Positions 39,499-49,515 of a stretch of DNA of 64,000 bases are shown in pieces (within the stretch, counting starts at the first letter, position 1; each line of letters opens with the position of its first letter). Under the pieces are notes generated by a model, which saw only the letters and a program-made list of their open reading frames with translations, did no database searches and was not told where the DNA came from. The translations under genes were made by a program, and so were the position numbers. Source of the DNA: Candidatus Omnitrophota bacterium (GTDB lineage Bacteria; Omnitrophota; Gorgyraeia; JAHJTE01); the NCBI GenBank assembly GCA_018830005.1, contig JAHJTE010000002.1:331809-395808 (forward strand). Direction: 5' to 3'.

Positions 39499-40062
39499 TC
39501 ATAGGTCTAGAAAATTCTTCAAAATCTTTTTACCTTCTCCTGTCAATATTGATTCCGGATGAAATTGAACACCAAAAACAGGTTTCCTCTTATGTTGCAA
39601 ACCCATAATCTCACCCTGTTTTGTCCAGGCAGTAATCTCTAAACTAGAAGGCAGGCCTCTCTTCTCTACGATAAGCGAATGATAGCGAGTAGCGAGGAAG
39701 GGATTTCTAATATCTTTAAAGATCTTGCAATTGTTATGATAAATTAGAGATGTCTTGCCGTGCATTAGCTTTTTTGCACCTACAATCTTAGCGCCAAAGG
39801 CCTCGCCAATACACTGATGCCCCAGACATACACCCAGGATAGGGACAGAATTGCAAAAATTAGTTACAACCTCAAGAGATATGCCTGCATGCTTAGGCCT
39901 TCCCGGACCTGGAGATATGACTATTCTTTTTGGCATAAGCCTTTTTATTTCTTTAATTGTGATCTTGTCATTGCGAAAGACCTTAAGATTAGCGCCAAGT
40001 TCACCTAGATACTGAACAAGGTTATATGTGAAAGAATCATAGTTATCAATTACTAAAATCAT
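39499..40062 (-). CDS. trpG: Anthranilate synthase component II / PabA-type glutamine amidotransferase
   Basis: [26 protein letters not shown] catalytic Cys, and HPES C-terminal His. Confidence 0.8.
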   Translation of the reverse strand: MILVIDNYDSFTYNLVQYLGELGANLKVFRNDKITIKEIKRLMPKRIVISPGPGRPKHAGISLEVVTNFCNSVPILGVCLGHQCIGEAFGAKIVGAKKLMHGKTSLIYHNNCKIFKDIRNPFLATRYHSLIVEKRGLPSSLEITAWTKQGEIMGLQHKRKPVFGVQFHPESILTGEGKKILKNFLDL

Positions 40063-40065
40063 ACC

Positions 40066-41334
40066 TTACTCCTTCTCTCTCCAGATCTTTGCGCCTAAAT
40101 TCTGTAGCTTTAAGTCTAATTTTTCATATCCGCGATCAAGATGATATATTCGCGATATTGTGCTTTTGCCTTCTGATACTAGGGCTGCTAAAACAAGCGC
40201 AGCTGAAGCCCGCAAATCACATGCCATTAGTGAAGCACCCGAAAGACGCTTGACTCCATGCACAACAGCATAAGGACCTTCACGCTGGATATGTGCGCCC
40301 ATACGGTTTAACTCTGCCACATGCATAAATCTATCAGGATATACCTTTTCATGGATAATACTGATTCCTGAGGTAACGCTCATCAGAGACATTGTCTGGG
40401 CTTGCATATCTGTAGGAAACCCAGGATAAGGAAAGGTAGTTACATTAATTGCTTTTGTATTCCTAATGCTCTTAACCCTTAATTCATTATCCCTGGCCTT
40501 GATTTCAACTCCGGCTCTTATCAAAACATCTATTATTGCTCCTAAATGTTCTGCAACGCAGTTTTTTATGAGTATGTCACCTTTGGTAATCGCAGCTGCC
40601 ACCATGAATGTACCGGCCTCAATCCTATCAGGTATAACAGTATGTTCTGCACCACCTAATTTATCTACGCCATCAATCTTTATAATCGGTGTACCAGCCC
40701 CTTTAATCTTTGCTCCCATTTTTATAAGAAATTCAGCTAGGTCGGAAATTTCAGGCTCACAGGCAGCAGCCTCAATTATTGTACTGCCGCGAGCTAACGT
40801 AGCTGCCATCATTATATTAGCCGTTGCTGTTACTGAAGGACCAAATTCACCACCAAGATAAATACGATTGCCGCGTAAATGATTATTCTTGGCAGAAGCA
40901 ATGACATAGCCAGAATCAATGTTAATATCAACACCCAGACCAATTAAGCCTTTTAAATGTAAATCCACTGGTCGTACACCAATAATGCAGCCACCTGGCA
41001 AAGATACCTTAGCATGCTTCAAGCGGGCAACCAATGGACCCAAGACACAAAAAGAAGCACGCATAGTTGATACTAGCTTATAAGGTGCTAAGCTATTTAA
41101 TTCCTTTCGCGGCTTCACTACCACTGTACCATTCTGAAAATCAACCCTTTTACCTAGATACTCGATAATCTTAATCATTGTCTGCACATCTTTGAGTTTA
41201 GGGGAAGAGTGAATCTTGCATACCTCATCTGTCAAGAGTGTTGCCGCTAAAATAGGAAGAAAGGCATTCTTAGCACCACTCACCTCAACCTTACCCTCTA
41301 ACTTAACGCCACCTTCAATAACTAACTTATCCAT
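40066..41334 (-). CDS. murA: UDP-N-acetylglucosamine 1-carboxyvinyltransferase
   Basis: EPSP-synthase-fold protein with the MDKLVIEGG…GAKNAFLPILAA N-terminus. Confidence 0.9.
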   Translation of the reverse strand: MDKLVIEGGVKLEGKVEVSGAKNAFLPILAATLLTDEVCKIHSSPKLKDVQTMIKIIEYLGKRVDFQNGTVVVKPRKELNSLAPYKLVSTMRASFCVLGPLVARLKHAKVSLPGGCIIGVRPVDLHLKGLIGLGVDINIDSGYVIASAKNNHLRGNRIYLGGEFGPSVTATANIMMAATLARGSTIIEAAACEPEISDLAEFLIKMGAKIKGAGTPIIKIDGVDKLGGAEHTVIPDRIEAGTFMVAAAITKGDILIKNCVAEHLGAIIDVLIRAGVEIKARDNELRVKSIRNTKAINVTTFPYPGFPTDMQAQTMSLMSVTSGISIIHEKVYPDRFMHVAELNRMGAHIQREGPYAVVHGVKRLSGASLMACDLRASAALVLAALVSEGKSTISRIYHLDRGYEKLDLKLQNLGAKIWREKE

Positions 41335-41348
41335 TAGTTCTGGCCCTC

Positions 41349-42155
41349 TTATATCCTATCTAAACATATAACTCTTTCGATGCCATTATAATCATTGATG
41401 ATTTCTCTAATTTCAAATTGAGGATAATCAGCGATAATCTTACTTATGCCCTCAACCTGGCCTAAGCCAATTTCAAATAATAAAATGCCTCGTGGTTTTA
41501 ATAGATCTTTGGCTGTCTTTAAAATTTGTCCATAAAAATGTAGCCCATCCTTACCGCCATCCAAGGCAGGCCTTGGTTCATTTTTTACCTCAGGCGCAAG
41601 ATGCCCTAAATCTGTGGTCGTTATATAAGGAGGATTGGAAACAATCATATCAAAGCTAGAAGCTAAAAACTGCAAGCCAGAAGCTGAGAATAAATCTACC
41701 TTCCTAAAATCTATTTTCTTCTGGACTGCATGCAACCTTGCATTCTGCTCTGCCAGATCTAGTGTGATTACAGCAATATCTATTGCTGTAATCTTTGCAT
41801 TTGTAAGATTTTTAGCTAAACTGATAGCGATATTACCGGCACCAGTTCCTATATCTAGGATCTTTAGATCTTGCCCTTTACATCTTGGCCCTTGCATCAG
41901 GGAAATTGCCTCCTCAACCAATATCTCGGTCTCAGGACGAGGAATAAACGTACCAGGCTGAATCTTAAATTCCAGCCCAAAGAATTCACATCTGCCTAAG
42001 ATATATTGAAGCGGCACGCCCTTTTGCCTTTCTCTATTAATTGCAAGCCTACGAGACTCCTGTTCTCCAGATAAATGCAAGGTCCGAGGATCTGAGTATA
42101 ATTGGGCACGCGTACAATTTAATAAATCACAAAGTATCAACTCTTGCTCATTCAT
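41349..42155 (-). CDS. prmC: Release factor glutamine N5-methyltransferase
   Basis: DIGTGAGNIAI SAM motif and NPPY motif (VSNPPYI). Confidence 0.85.
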   Translation of the reverse strand: MNEQELILCDLLNCTRAQLYSDPRTLHLSGEQESRRLAINRERQKGVPLQYILGRCEFFGLEFKIQPGTFIPRPETEILVEEAISLMQGPRCKGQDLKILDIGTGAGNIAISLAKNLTNAKITAIDIAVITLDLAEQNARLHAVQKKIDFRKVDLFSASGLQFLASSFDMIVSNPPYITTTDLGHLAPEVKNEPRPALDGGKDGLHFYGQILKTAKDLLKPRGILLFEIGLGQVEGISKIIADYPQFEIREIINDYNGIERVICLDRI

Positions 42156-43227
42156 TGTTCATTAGCCGCTTGCGCTTATCCTTATCTTCATTCTCAATAA
42201 GGGCTTGGATGATTTCATCAAGACTACCCTCTAATATCTCTTCTAACCTATGAATTACAAGGCCGATGCGGTGATCAGTAACGCGATGCTCAGAGAAATT
42301 ATAGGTGCGAATTTTCTCACTTCGATCACCACTTCTAATCTGGGAACGCCGCTGATTAGAGATTTCGTTTTCATTCTTTTCTCTTTCTGCCTCTAAGAGC
42401 CTGGTTCGCAATACGCGCATTGCCTTATATTTGTTCTTAAGCTGAGAACGCTCATCCTGACAGATAATAACCAAACCCGAAGGCAAATGAGTAATTCTAA
42501 CAGCTGAATCTGTAGTATTAACACTCTGGCCACCTGGCCCGGATGATTTGAACACATCAATCTTTAAATCCTTGGGGTCAACTTTTACATCTGCCTCTTT
42601 TGCCTCAGGTAAAACTGCAACTGTTGCTGCAGAGGTATGAATCCTGCCTGAGGCCTCGGTAACTGGCACGCGCTGGACTCGATGAACGCCGCTTTCAAAT
42701 CTTAACTTTCTAAAGGCATCCTTTCCTCTCACGGAAAATATGACTTCTTTGAAGCCCCCTGCTTCAGAAGGATGACTACTTAAGATCTCAGCCCTCCAGC
42801 CGCACTTATCAGCAAATCTAGAATACATTCTGAATAGATCAGCGGCAAATAGGCTCGCCTCCTGGCCTCCGGTTCCAGCCCGAATCTCGACAATAACGTC
42901 TAGACTGGCATCTTTATCTTCGCCTAATAAAAACTGCTCCAGTTTCTTTCCTAGGTCTTTCTGGGTAGCCTCAAGCACTTCTATCTCCGCCTTTGCAAGA
43001 TCCAAAAACTCCTGATCATGCTTTTCTTCTAATACATTTTCTAATTGAACCAATTCCAGCGTAATCTTCTTCCATTTACGGAAATCCCTAACCGGTTCAA
43101 CCAAGGCGGATAATTCCTTTGCCAAGGATAGACACTTAGGCTGATCAGAGATAATTTTAGGATCAGCCAAAAGATGCTCAATATCTACTAGCCGTTTTTC
43201 TAAATCTTCGAATTTTTTCTTAAACAT
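42148..43227 (-). CDS. prfA: Peptide chain release factor 1
   Basis: GGQ motif (SGPGGQSVN) and a PxT-type decoding region. Confidence 0.9.
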   Translation of the reverse strand: MFKKKFEDLEKRLVDIEHLLADPKIISDQPKCLSLAKELSALVEPVRDFRKWKKITLELVQLENVLEEKHDQEFLDLAKAEIEVLEATQKDLGKKLEQFLLGEDKDASLDVIVEIRAGTGGQEASLFAADLFRMYSRFADKCGWRAEILSSHPSEAGGFKEVIFSVRGKDAFRKLRFESGVHRVQRVPVTEASGRIHTSAATVAVLPEAKEADVKVDPKDLKIDVFKSSGPGGQSVNTTDSAVRITHLPSGLVIICQDERSQLKNKYKAMRVLRTRLLEAEREKNENEISNQRRSQIRSGDRSEKIRTYNFSEHRVTDHRIGLVIHRLEEILEGSLDEIIQALIENEDKDKRKRLMNNE

Positions 43228-43287
43228 TTTATATAAATAGAAAAATGGATTAAAGATACTCTAAAATTCAGTAATCTTTAATTCCAC

Positions 43288-43491
43288 TTATTTTTCTTTC
43301 TTATATTTCTTAAGAAATTTTTCGACCCTTCCTGCAGAATCAACAAATTTCTGTCTACCTGTAAAAAAAGGATGACATTTTGAACAGATTTCAACCCTGA
43401 TATTCTGTTTTGTTGAACGCGTGTGGATAACCTCTCCACAGGCACAGGTAATCGTTGCTTGCTTATATTCTGGATGTATACTCTTCTTCAT
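43288..43491 (-). CDS. rpmE: 50S ribosomal protein L31
   Basis: [10 protein letters not shown]…CxxC…[10 protein letters not shown]; a strong GGGAGGTGAAA Shine-Dalgarno sequence upstream. Confidence 0.85.
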   Translation of the reverse strand: MKKSIHPEYKQATITCACGEVIHTRSTKQNIRVEICSKCHPFFTGRQKFVDSAGRVEKFLKKYKKEK

Positions 43492-43518
43492 TACTTCTTA
43501 TTTCACCTCCCTAAAAGT

Positions 43519-44814
43519 TTAAGTCTTGGCTTGATTCATGCTGTTTAAAAACTCTTCATTATCTTTGGTCTTATTCAACTTATCAATTAAAAGCTCCATT
43601 GCCTCAGCAGAATTAAGTTCATTGAGGACCTTACGCAGAATCCACGTCTTTTGCAACTGCTCTCGATTAACAAGCAGTTCTTCTCTGCGCGTATTGGAGC
43701 GTTTTATATCTATTGCCGGATAAATCCTTCGTTGGAATAGAGTCCTATCAAGCTGCAGTTCCATATTACCCGTGCCTTTAAATTCTTCAAATATTACCTC
43801 ATCCATACGCGAACCAGTATCTACTAAGGCAGTAGCAACAATGGTTAGACTTCCGCCTTCTTCTATAGCACGTGCAGCTCCGAAGAAGCGTTTAGGCTTA
43901 TGCAAGGCATTGGAATCTACGCCACCAGTAAGAATCTTGCCGCTGTGCGGAACAACTGTGTTATAAGCACGCGCTAATCTTGTAATGCTGTCAAGCAAGA
44001 TAACAACATCTTTCTTATGCTCAACGAGGCGTTTAGCCTTCTCCAATACAATCTCTGCTACCTGTACGTGCCGTTCTGCTGGCTCATCAAAGGTAGAAGA
44101 AATAACCTCACCCTTAACAATCCTCTGCATATCTGTTACCTCTTCCGGCCGTTCATCTATAAGCAGTACGATTAATGTAACCTCTGGATAATTCTCTGCT
44201 ATTGAATTGGCAATCTTTTGCAAGAGAACCGTCTTTCCACTATAAGGAGCAGCCACAATCATAGAGCGCTGGCCCTTTCCAATCGGAGTAAGCAAGTCCA
44301 TTACCCGCATTGATACTTCCTCAGGTTTTACCTCAAGCTTCAATCTTTGATTCGGGTATAAAGGCGTAAGATTATCAAAGAGGACCTTATCCTTAATCGA
44401 TTCCGGATTCTCAAAATTTACAGCCTCTACCTTTAAAAGGGCAAAATATTTCTCACCTTCTTTGGGCGGTCGAATCTGTCCACTAACAGTATCTCCGGTG
44501 TGTAAATCAAATTTTCTTATTTGAGACGGCGAAATATAAATATCATCCGGACAGGGCAGGTAGTTATAATTGGGGGAACGCAAGAAGCCAAAGCCATCTG
44601 GTAAGACCTCCAAGACTCCCTCCCCGAACATCAACCCTTCCTTCTCTGCCTGGGCCTGCAGGATTTTAAAAATTAAGTCCTGCTTCCTTAAACTACTTAT
44701 GCCATTAACATTTAAACTCCTGGCAACCTTGTTTAATTCTGATACCTTCATTTCCTTTAGATGTACAATATCAACCTTAGCAACTTTTATCTCTTTCTTT
44801 GCTTCTGTAGTCAT
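43519..44814 (-). CDS. rho: Transcription termination factor Rho
   Basis: N-terminal RNA-binding domain ([14 protein letters not shown]), Walker A (AAPYSGKT), and a RecA-like core. Confidence 0.9.
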   Translation of the reverse strand: MTTEAKKEIKVAKVDIVHLKEMKVSELNKVARSLNVNGISSLRKQDLIFKILQAQAEKEGLMFGEGVLEVLPDGFGFLRSPNYNYLPCPDDIYISPSQIRKFDLHTGDTVSGQIRPPKEGEKYFALLKVEAVNFENPESIKDKVLFDNLTPLYPNQRLKLEVKPEEVSMRVMDLLTPIGKGQRSMIVAAPYSGKTVLLQKIANSIAENYPEVTLIVLLIDERPEEVTDMQRIVKGEVISSTFDEPAERHVQVAEIVLEKAKRLVEHKKDVVILLDSITRLARAYNTVVPHSGKILTGGVDSNALHKPKRFFGAARAIEEGGSLTIVATALVDTGSRMDEVIFEEFKGTGNMELQLDRTLFQRRIYPAIDIKRSNTRREELLVNREQLQKTWILRKVLNELNSAEAMELLIDKLNKTKDNEEFLNSMNQAKT

Positions 44815-45407
44815 CTCGCCACCTCTTTGTAAATCTTTTTTATTTGCCCTTTTAACTGATTTAAAGATCCTGAGTTATTAATAACAAAATGCGCATGCCT
44901 CTTTTTATCTATAAACGGAAGCTGATGATTAAGGCGCATCCTGAACTCTGCTTCCGATAACTTATGTTTTCCTAAGGCGCGTTTCAACCTTAGCCGCAAC
45001 GGACAATTTATCAAAAGGACATAATCAACAAAACGATTAAAACCGCTCTCTATCAAAAGCGCAGCATCAACTATGATTAAGCCGTATTTTTTTCCTATCT
45101 CTTGCTTTAGTCTTTTTATAATATGGGGGTGCACTATTCTATTCAAGGCCCTTAGTGCATTTTTATCGCAAAATGCTCTCAGACTAAGTTTTTTTCTATC
45201 TAAATGACCCTTGGCAGTCAACACATCCTTACCAAAGGTCTCGGCTATTTTTTTTACAACTGCTGGTCTCATCCTGTAGATATCTTTTGTGAGCCTGTCG
45301 GCATCAAGAACCTTTGCGCCCAATTTCTTAAAGATTGATGCGGCCGTGCTTTTTCCGCTTCCGATACTGCCGGTAACTCCAATAACAATCCTGTTTTTAA
45401 TCTGCAT
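44811..45407 (-). CDS. coaE: Dephospho-CoA kinase
   Basis: [13 protein letters not shown]-loop. Confidence 0.85.
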   Translation of the reverse strand: MQIKNRIVIGVTGSIGSGKSTAASIFKKLGAKVLDADRLTKDIYRMRPAVVKKIAETFGKDVLTAKGHLDRKKLSLRAFCDKNALRALNRIVHPHIIKRLKQEIGKKYGLIIVDAALLIESGFNRFVDYVLLINCPLRLRLKRALGKHKLSEAEFRMRLNHQLPFIDKKRHAHFVINNSGSLNQLKGQIKKIYKEVAR

Positions 45408-45469
45408 TGTTTAATATTTTTTCATAAAGTTTTCGGCAAGCCTAGATGTCATAGCAATAAATTATTGCC

Positions 45470-46039
45470 TTAGACTGATGTAGTAGGCCTTGCGATTAGA
45501 GAAACGGTTATTACGATAATTATAAACTGAATTATCCAGCCGATAATACAAACTGCAACTGCCCTAAATGTGCTGCGATAATCAAGTGCCTGTCTGACAG
45601 CAATTACCATTGCCGCTAACATCCAGAATGCAGCTACAAAAAACACAATATTAGTAAGAAAAGGAATAATGCCTAAAATCCGAATAAGTCCGGGTGAAGT
45701 CGAGAATCCTATAGTGCGCAATAACTGTCCCAAATCTGCCTTTGTATCTGGGGTTGGTAGCAATTTTGTGCCGACAAAGTAAGTAATAAAGGCCCAAATA
45801 TACCAGGCTACCAATGCTAAAATCGTACCTGCTAAGACTGAACTAAAGCCTCCTGTTGTAATAGTGCCTAAACCAGCAGCAAGACTTGATAAAACCACAA
45901 CCAGCATAGCCTGAGTCATGGCAGACTTATCTGCCTCTACCTCTTCGTACAATTTAGGCTCTAACTGTGCTGCCCGAATCATCCTCTCCCTCAACTTCTT
46001 CCAATCAACCATTTCCAACCTCCCATTTTGTACCGCCAT
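45470..46039 (-). CDS. Yip1-family membrane protein
   Basis: 189 aa; a hydrophilic N-terminus followed by about 5 TM helices. The family assignment is tentative. Confidence 0.45.
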   Translation of the reverse strand: MAVQNGRLEMVDWKKLRERMIRAAQLEPKLYEEVEADKSAMTQAMLVVVLSSLAAGLGTITTGGFSSVLAGTILALVAWYIWAFITYFVGTKLLPTPDTKADLGQLLRTIGFSTSPGLIRILGIIPFLTNIVFFVAAFWMLAAMVIAVRQALDYRSTFRAVAVCIIGWIIQFIIIVITVSLIARPTTSV

Positions 46040-46049
46040 TGTTTATACT

Positions 46050-48581
46050 CTAACATTCTTCCATCTCTAGCCAATTCTTCCCTTTTTTTATAGTAACCTT
46101 GATCGGAACAGAAAGACTAAAAGCATGTTCCATCTTACTCTTAATAATCGCAATAATATCTTCTAGTTCTTTCTTTTCACAATCAAAGATAAGTTCATCA
46201 TGCACTTGCAGCACCATCTTCGAAGAAAAACCTTTTTCTTTAAACTCCCCAAATATATCTAACATTGCCTTTTTTATTAAATCTGCGGCTGAACCCTGTA
46301 CTGGCATATTTATTGCCTGACGCTCGGCAAAAGAACGCACTCTAATATTCTGAGAGTTAATTGCAGGCAAGTAGCGCCGGCGACCCATGATTGTACTGAT
46401 AAAACCATCGCGCCTTGCGTCTTCAATGCAAGAGATCATAAAATCCTTCACCTTAGGATAACGCAAGAAATAATTTTCTATAAATTCCTCCGCCTCATAC
46501 AAGGCTACTCCTAAATCCTTTGCCAGGCCAAATGAACTTATACCGTAGATTATTCCAAAATTTACTCTTTTGGCAATATTGCGCATTGATTCATCCAGAT
46601 CTTTTTTGTCTACTCCAAAGATCAAAGAAGCAGTATGATTATGGACATCCTCATTGTTCTTAAAGGCCTCGATAAGATTCTCCTCACCTGAGAGATGCGC
46701 TAGGATACGCAGTTCTATCTGAGAATAATCAGCGCTTAATAGGAAATTGCTAACCTTGGAGGGAATAAATGCCTTTCTGATTTGAGCACCCACCTCGGTT
46801 TTAATCGGTATATTTTGTAAATTTGGATTAGAGGAACTTAAACGGCCTGTCTGGGTTCCTGTCTGATTAAGAGAGGTATGTAGTCTTGCCTTTTTATCAA
46901 TTAACTTCGGAAAGACATCAAGATAGGTAGTCTTAAGTTTGGTTAACTGCCTAATTTTGAGTATCTCCTCTACGATGGGATGCTCATTAGATAGGCTCTT
47001 TAATACTGCCTCATCAGTTGCAGCATGGGTTTTTCTACGCTTTCTTATTGGTAGTTTCAACTCTTCAAAAAGAACCTGACTTAACTGCTTGGGAGAATTT
47101 ATATTGAATTCTCTACCCGCCAGTCCAATAATGTCTTCTCGCAGTTTATTTATCTGTCTATCTACTTTTTTAGACAGTGCCTCCAAGATCTGCCTATCGA
47201 TTCCTACTCCAGTCATTTCTAAATCAGCCAATACTTCTAAAAGCGGCATCTCAATGTCGAAAAAGAGTTGCTGCATACCTTTTTCTTCTAGCTCTGTTTC
47301 AACAGGACGCAGATCATCCATAAGCGAAAAAGCTGAATCAAGCATAAGATGCTGGCTATCCGCAACAACCTTGTTAGCATAATTAAGTGCCAGACTAGAT
47401 AAACTGTAGTCACTGCGGCCAGAATCCAAAAGATAAAATGCAATGGAAAAATCCAAGAACAATCCTTTCAAATCAATGCCTTTATCAGCTAAGAAAATCT
47501 TGACCCTTTTAAGGTCATTGGAGATCTTTTTAATCCCTGCATCAGAAAGTATATCCCTCATCTGTTGGCTAATTTCTTGGAGTTCACAAAAATAACGAAT
47601 ACTAGCCAAGTTTAGCGAATCCTTGACTTCATCATAATAAAGATACAATTCTTTTTTTTCTCTTGCCTGCTTTATTAACAAAGAAGCATCGTTAGAGCGC
47701 TCTCTTGTTTTTTCTACATTTTCTCTATTTGTATCCAAGGCCTGCAGCAGAGATTTAAACTCCATCTCCTTAAATAATGAAAATAGCTTATCCTTATCAG
47801 GGGAACTGACCTTCATATCTTCTGTCTTTATTTTGATAGGGACGTTGAAATCTAACGTTGCAAGCTGCCGACTCAATAATATGTTCTCTTTCTCGGATGC
47901 AATGCGCTTGCCTTGAGAATCTCCTATTCTTTTAAGATTCTTGAGTAAATTATCAAGTGAACCAAATTGATTTATTAATTTAACTGCTGTCTTGTCTCCT
48001 ATACCAGCTGCTCCGGGAATATTGTCGCTTTTATCTCCGGCTAAAGCTAAAAAGTCAACTATCTGCTGTGGACCTATGCCAAAACGTTCTTTAACAGACT
48101 TTGCATCAAGGATTACAGATTCCTTGCCTGGCTTATAAATCTTAGTATGCCCATTAACAAGCTGACACATATCCTTATCTGAACTAATGATATAAACAGA
48201 AAATCCTTTCTTGGCTAATGTCTTGGCTAAAGTCGCAATAATATCATCTGCTTCAAATCTATCACACTCAAAGGTCTTCAGGCGATATGCTGCTATAAGT
48301 TCCCTAATCTTGGAAAGCTGGACTTTTAGTTCGTCCGGCATCTTAGGCCGATGTATCTTATAATCCTTGAATTGCTCAGTGCGAAAACTTGGTTTTCCCG
48401 AATCAAAGCAAAATGCTAAATAGTCAGGTTGCTCCTCTCTTAAAATCCGAGAAATAAAGGTAGTAAAACCATAAACAGCGCCTGTAGGCATTCCTGAACT
48501 CGTTGTTAACGCCGGCAGGGCATAATAAGCACGATAAAGATAGGAGTTGGCATCAACAAGAAATACTTTTTTCTTCTTCAT
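46050..48581 (-). CDS. polA: DNA polymerase I
   Basis: 843 aa; 5'-nuclease N-terminus (LVDANSYLYRAYYA); polymerase motifs A, B and C (…RRxxKxxNFGxxYG… as KRVNFGIIYG; QVHDEL). Confidence 0.9.
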   Translation of the reverse strand: MKKKKVFLVDANSYLYRAYYALPALTTSSGMPTGAVYGFTTFISRILREEQPDYLAFCFDSGKPSFRTEQFKDYKIHRPKMPDELKVQLSKIRELIAAYRLKTFECDRFEADDIIATLAKTLAKKGFSVYIISSDKDMCQLVNGHTKIYKPGKESVILDAKSVKERFGIGPQQIVDFLALAGDKSDNIPGAAGIGDKTAVKLINQFGSLDNLLKNLKRIGDSQGKRIASEKENILLSRQLATLDFNVPIKIKTEDMKVSSPDKDKLFSLFKEMEFKSLLQALDTNRENVEKTRERSNDASLLIKQAREKKELYLYYDEVKDSLNLASIRYFCELQEISQQMRDILSDAGIKKISNDLKRVKIFLADKGIDLKGLFLDFSIAFYLLDSGRSDYSLSSLALNYANKVVADSQHLMLDSAFSLMDDLRPVETELEEKGMQQLFFDIEMPLLEVLADLEMTGVGIDRQILEALSKKVDRQINKLREDIIGLAGREFNINSPKQLSQVLFEELKLPIRKRRKTHAATDEAVLKSLSNEHPIVEEILKIRQLTKLKTTYLDVFPKLIDKKARLHTSLNQTGTQTGRLSSSNPNLQNIPIKTEVGAQIRKAFIPSKVSNFLLSADYSQIELRILAHLSGEENLIEAFKNNEDVHNHTASLIFGVDKKDLDESMRNIAKRVNFGIIYGISSFGLAKDLGVALYEAEEFIENYFLRYPKVKDFMISCIEDARRDGFISTIMGRRRYLPAINSQNIRVRSFAERQAINMPVQGSAADLIKKAMLDIFGEFKEKGFSSKMVLQVHDELIFDCEKKELEDIIAIIKSKMEHAFSLSVPIKVTIKKGKNWLEMEEC

Positions 48582-48713
48582 GAATCAGCTATATGTAAAA
48601 ACCTTGTTTCTTGTTTAATTTTCTAACGCTGTAAATGGGATTCATTTGCTCGGCGTGAGCTACATTTTCGAATTGAATTTAAAGAGAATAAAAATCGGAA
48701 AGTAAATCTTGTG

Positions 48714-49457
48714 CTATGGTGTCAAAAGTGCACGTTTCTGAGCCTCAATTAAAAGCTGTTCAACCTCCTTATTATGCGGGTCGAAATTAAAAGCCCTATG
48801 AAGCTGTCTTAAGGCCTTCACATATTCACCTCGATCATAATACTCCTTGCCTCTGGCAAAATAAGCCTCAGCTGCAAGTTGACTACTATCTCTAATGTCC
48901 TGTTTTAATTCTTTGACCTCTGCGATAAGCTCTAAGGTCTGGGTCTCCTCATATACCTTATATGATCCCTTATCAATCTTGCCTAATCTCTCTAAATGCT
49001 TCTTTGCTTTCTGGGTCCAGGCCTGGGATGAATCTCCCAGCTCAATCCTCTTACTCCATAAGCGGGCAGCATTTTCAAAATCCTTATTTTTCTCATAGAT
49101 TAATGCAAGATTGGTATAAGGACAAGGATATTGCGGATCTAGCTCAATTGCGCGTTTATATGCCTTCTCAGCTTCATGCAGTAGATTCATCTTTTCGTAA
49201 ACTATGCCTAAATCATTGTGGCTAACTGCATAATTCGGGGCAAGCTTAATTGCTTCCTTATAAAGCCTTAAGGCCTTAGCATAATCCCCGTTCAGTTGCG
49301 CTTGAAACCCTTGTTGCCGGAACAAATGAGCTTTATTTTCTGATAATTCGTTAGCCCAGAGGGGATTATTTACGCAAGAAAGGCAATAAACTAAAAGCGT
49401 AAAAATAAGTATAAAATAGGTCTTTTTGGTGGACATTTTTGAAGGCGAATCTAACAT
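48714..49457 (-). CDS. Secreted/lipoprotein-like TPR-repeat protein
   Basis: N-terminal signal-like hydrophobic segment with Cys (LLVYCLSC); several TPR units (…AKALRLYKEAIKLAPNYAVSHNDLG…). Confidence 0.7.
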   Translation of the reverse strand: MLDSPSKMSTKKTYFILIFTLLVYCLSCVNNPLWANELSENKAHLFRQQGFQAQLNGDYAKALRLYKEAIKLAPNYAVSHNDLGIVYEKMNLLHEAEKAYKRAIELDPQYPCPYTNLALIYEKNKDFENAARLWSKRIELGDSSQAWTQKAKKHLERLGKIDKGSYKVYEETQTLELIAEVKELKQDIRDSSQLAAEAYFARGKEYYDRGEYVKALRQLHRAFNFDPHNKEVEQLLIEAQKRALLTP

Positions 49458-49515
49458 TTAAATTAACACAAAAAAAATCCTAAGTCAAGTGAAATCTATA
49501 AGTTATCGCAATATT

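Noticed and set aside
37715-40062. trpC-trpD-trpG as a remnant or unusual partial tryptophan operon
   Set aside because: trpE/F/B/A are simply not in this window. trpG may double as pabA. Gene scattering of trp genes is common, so it is not notable without the rest of the genome.
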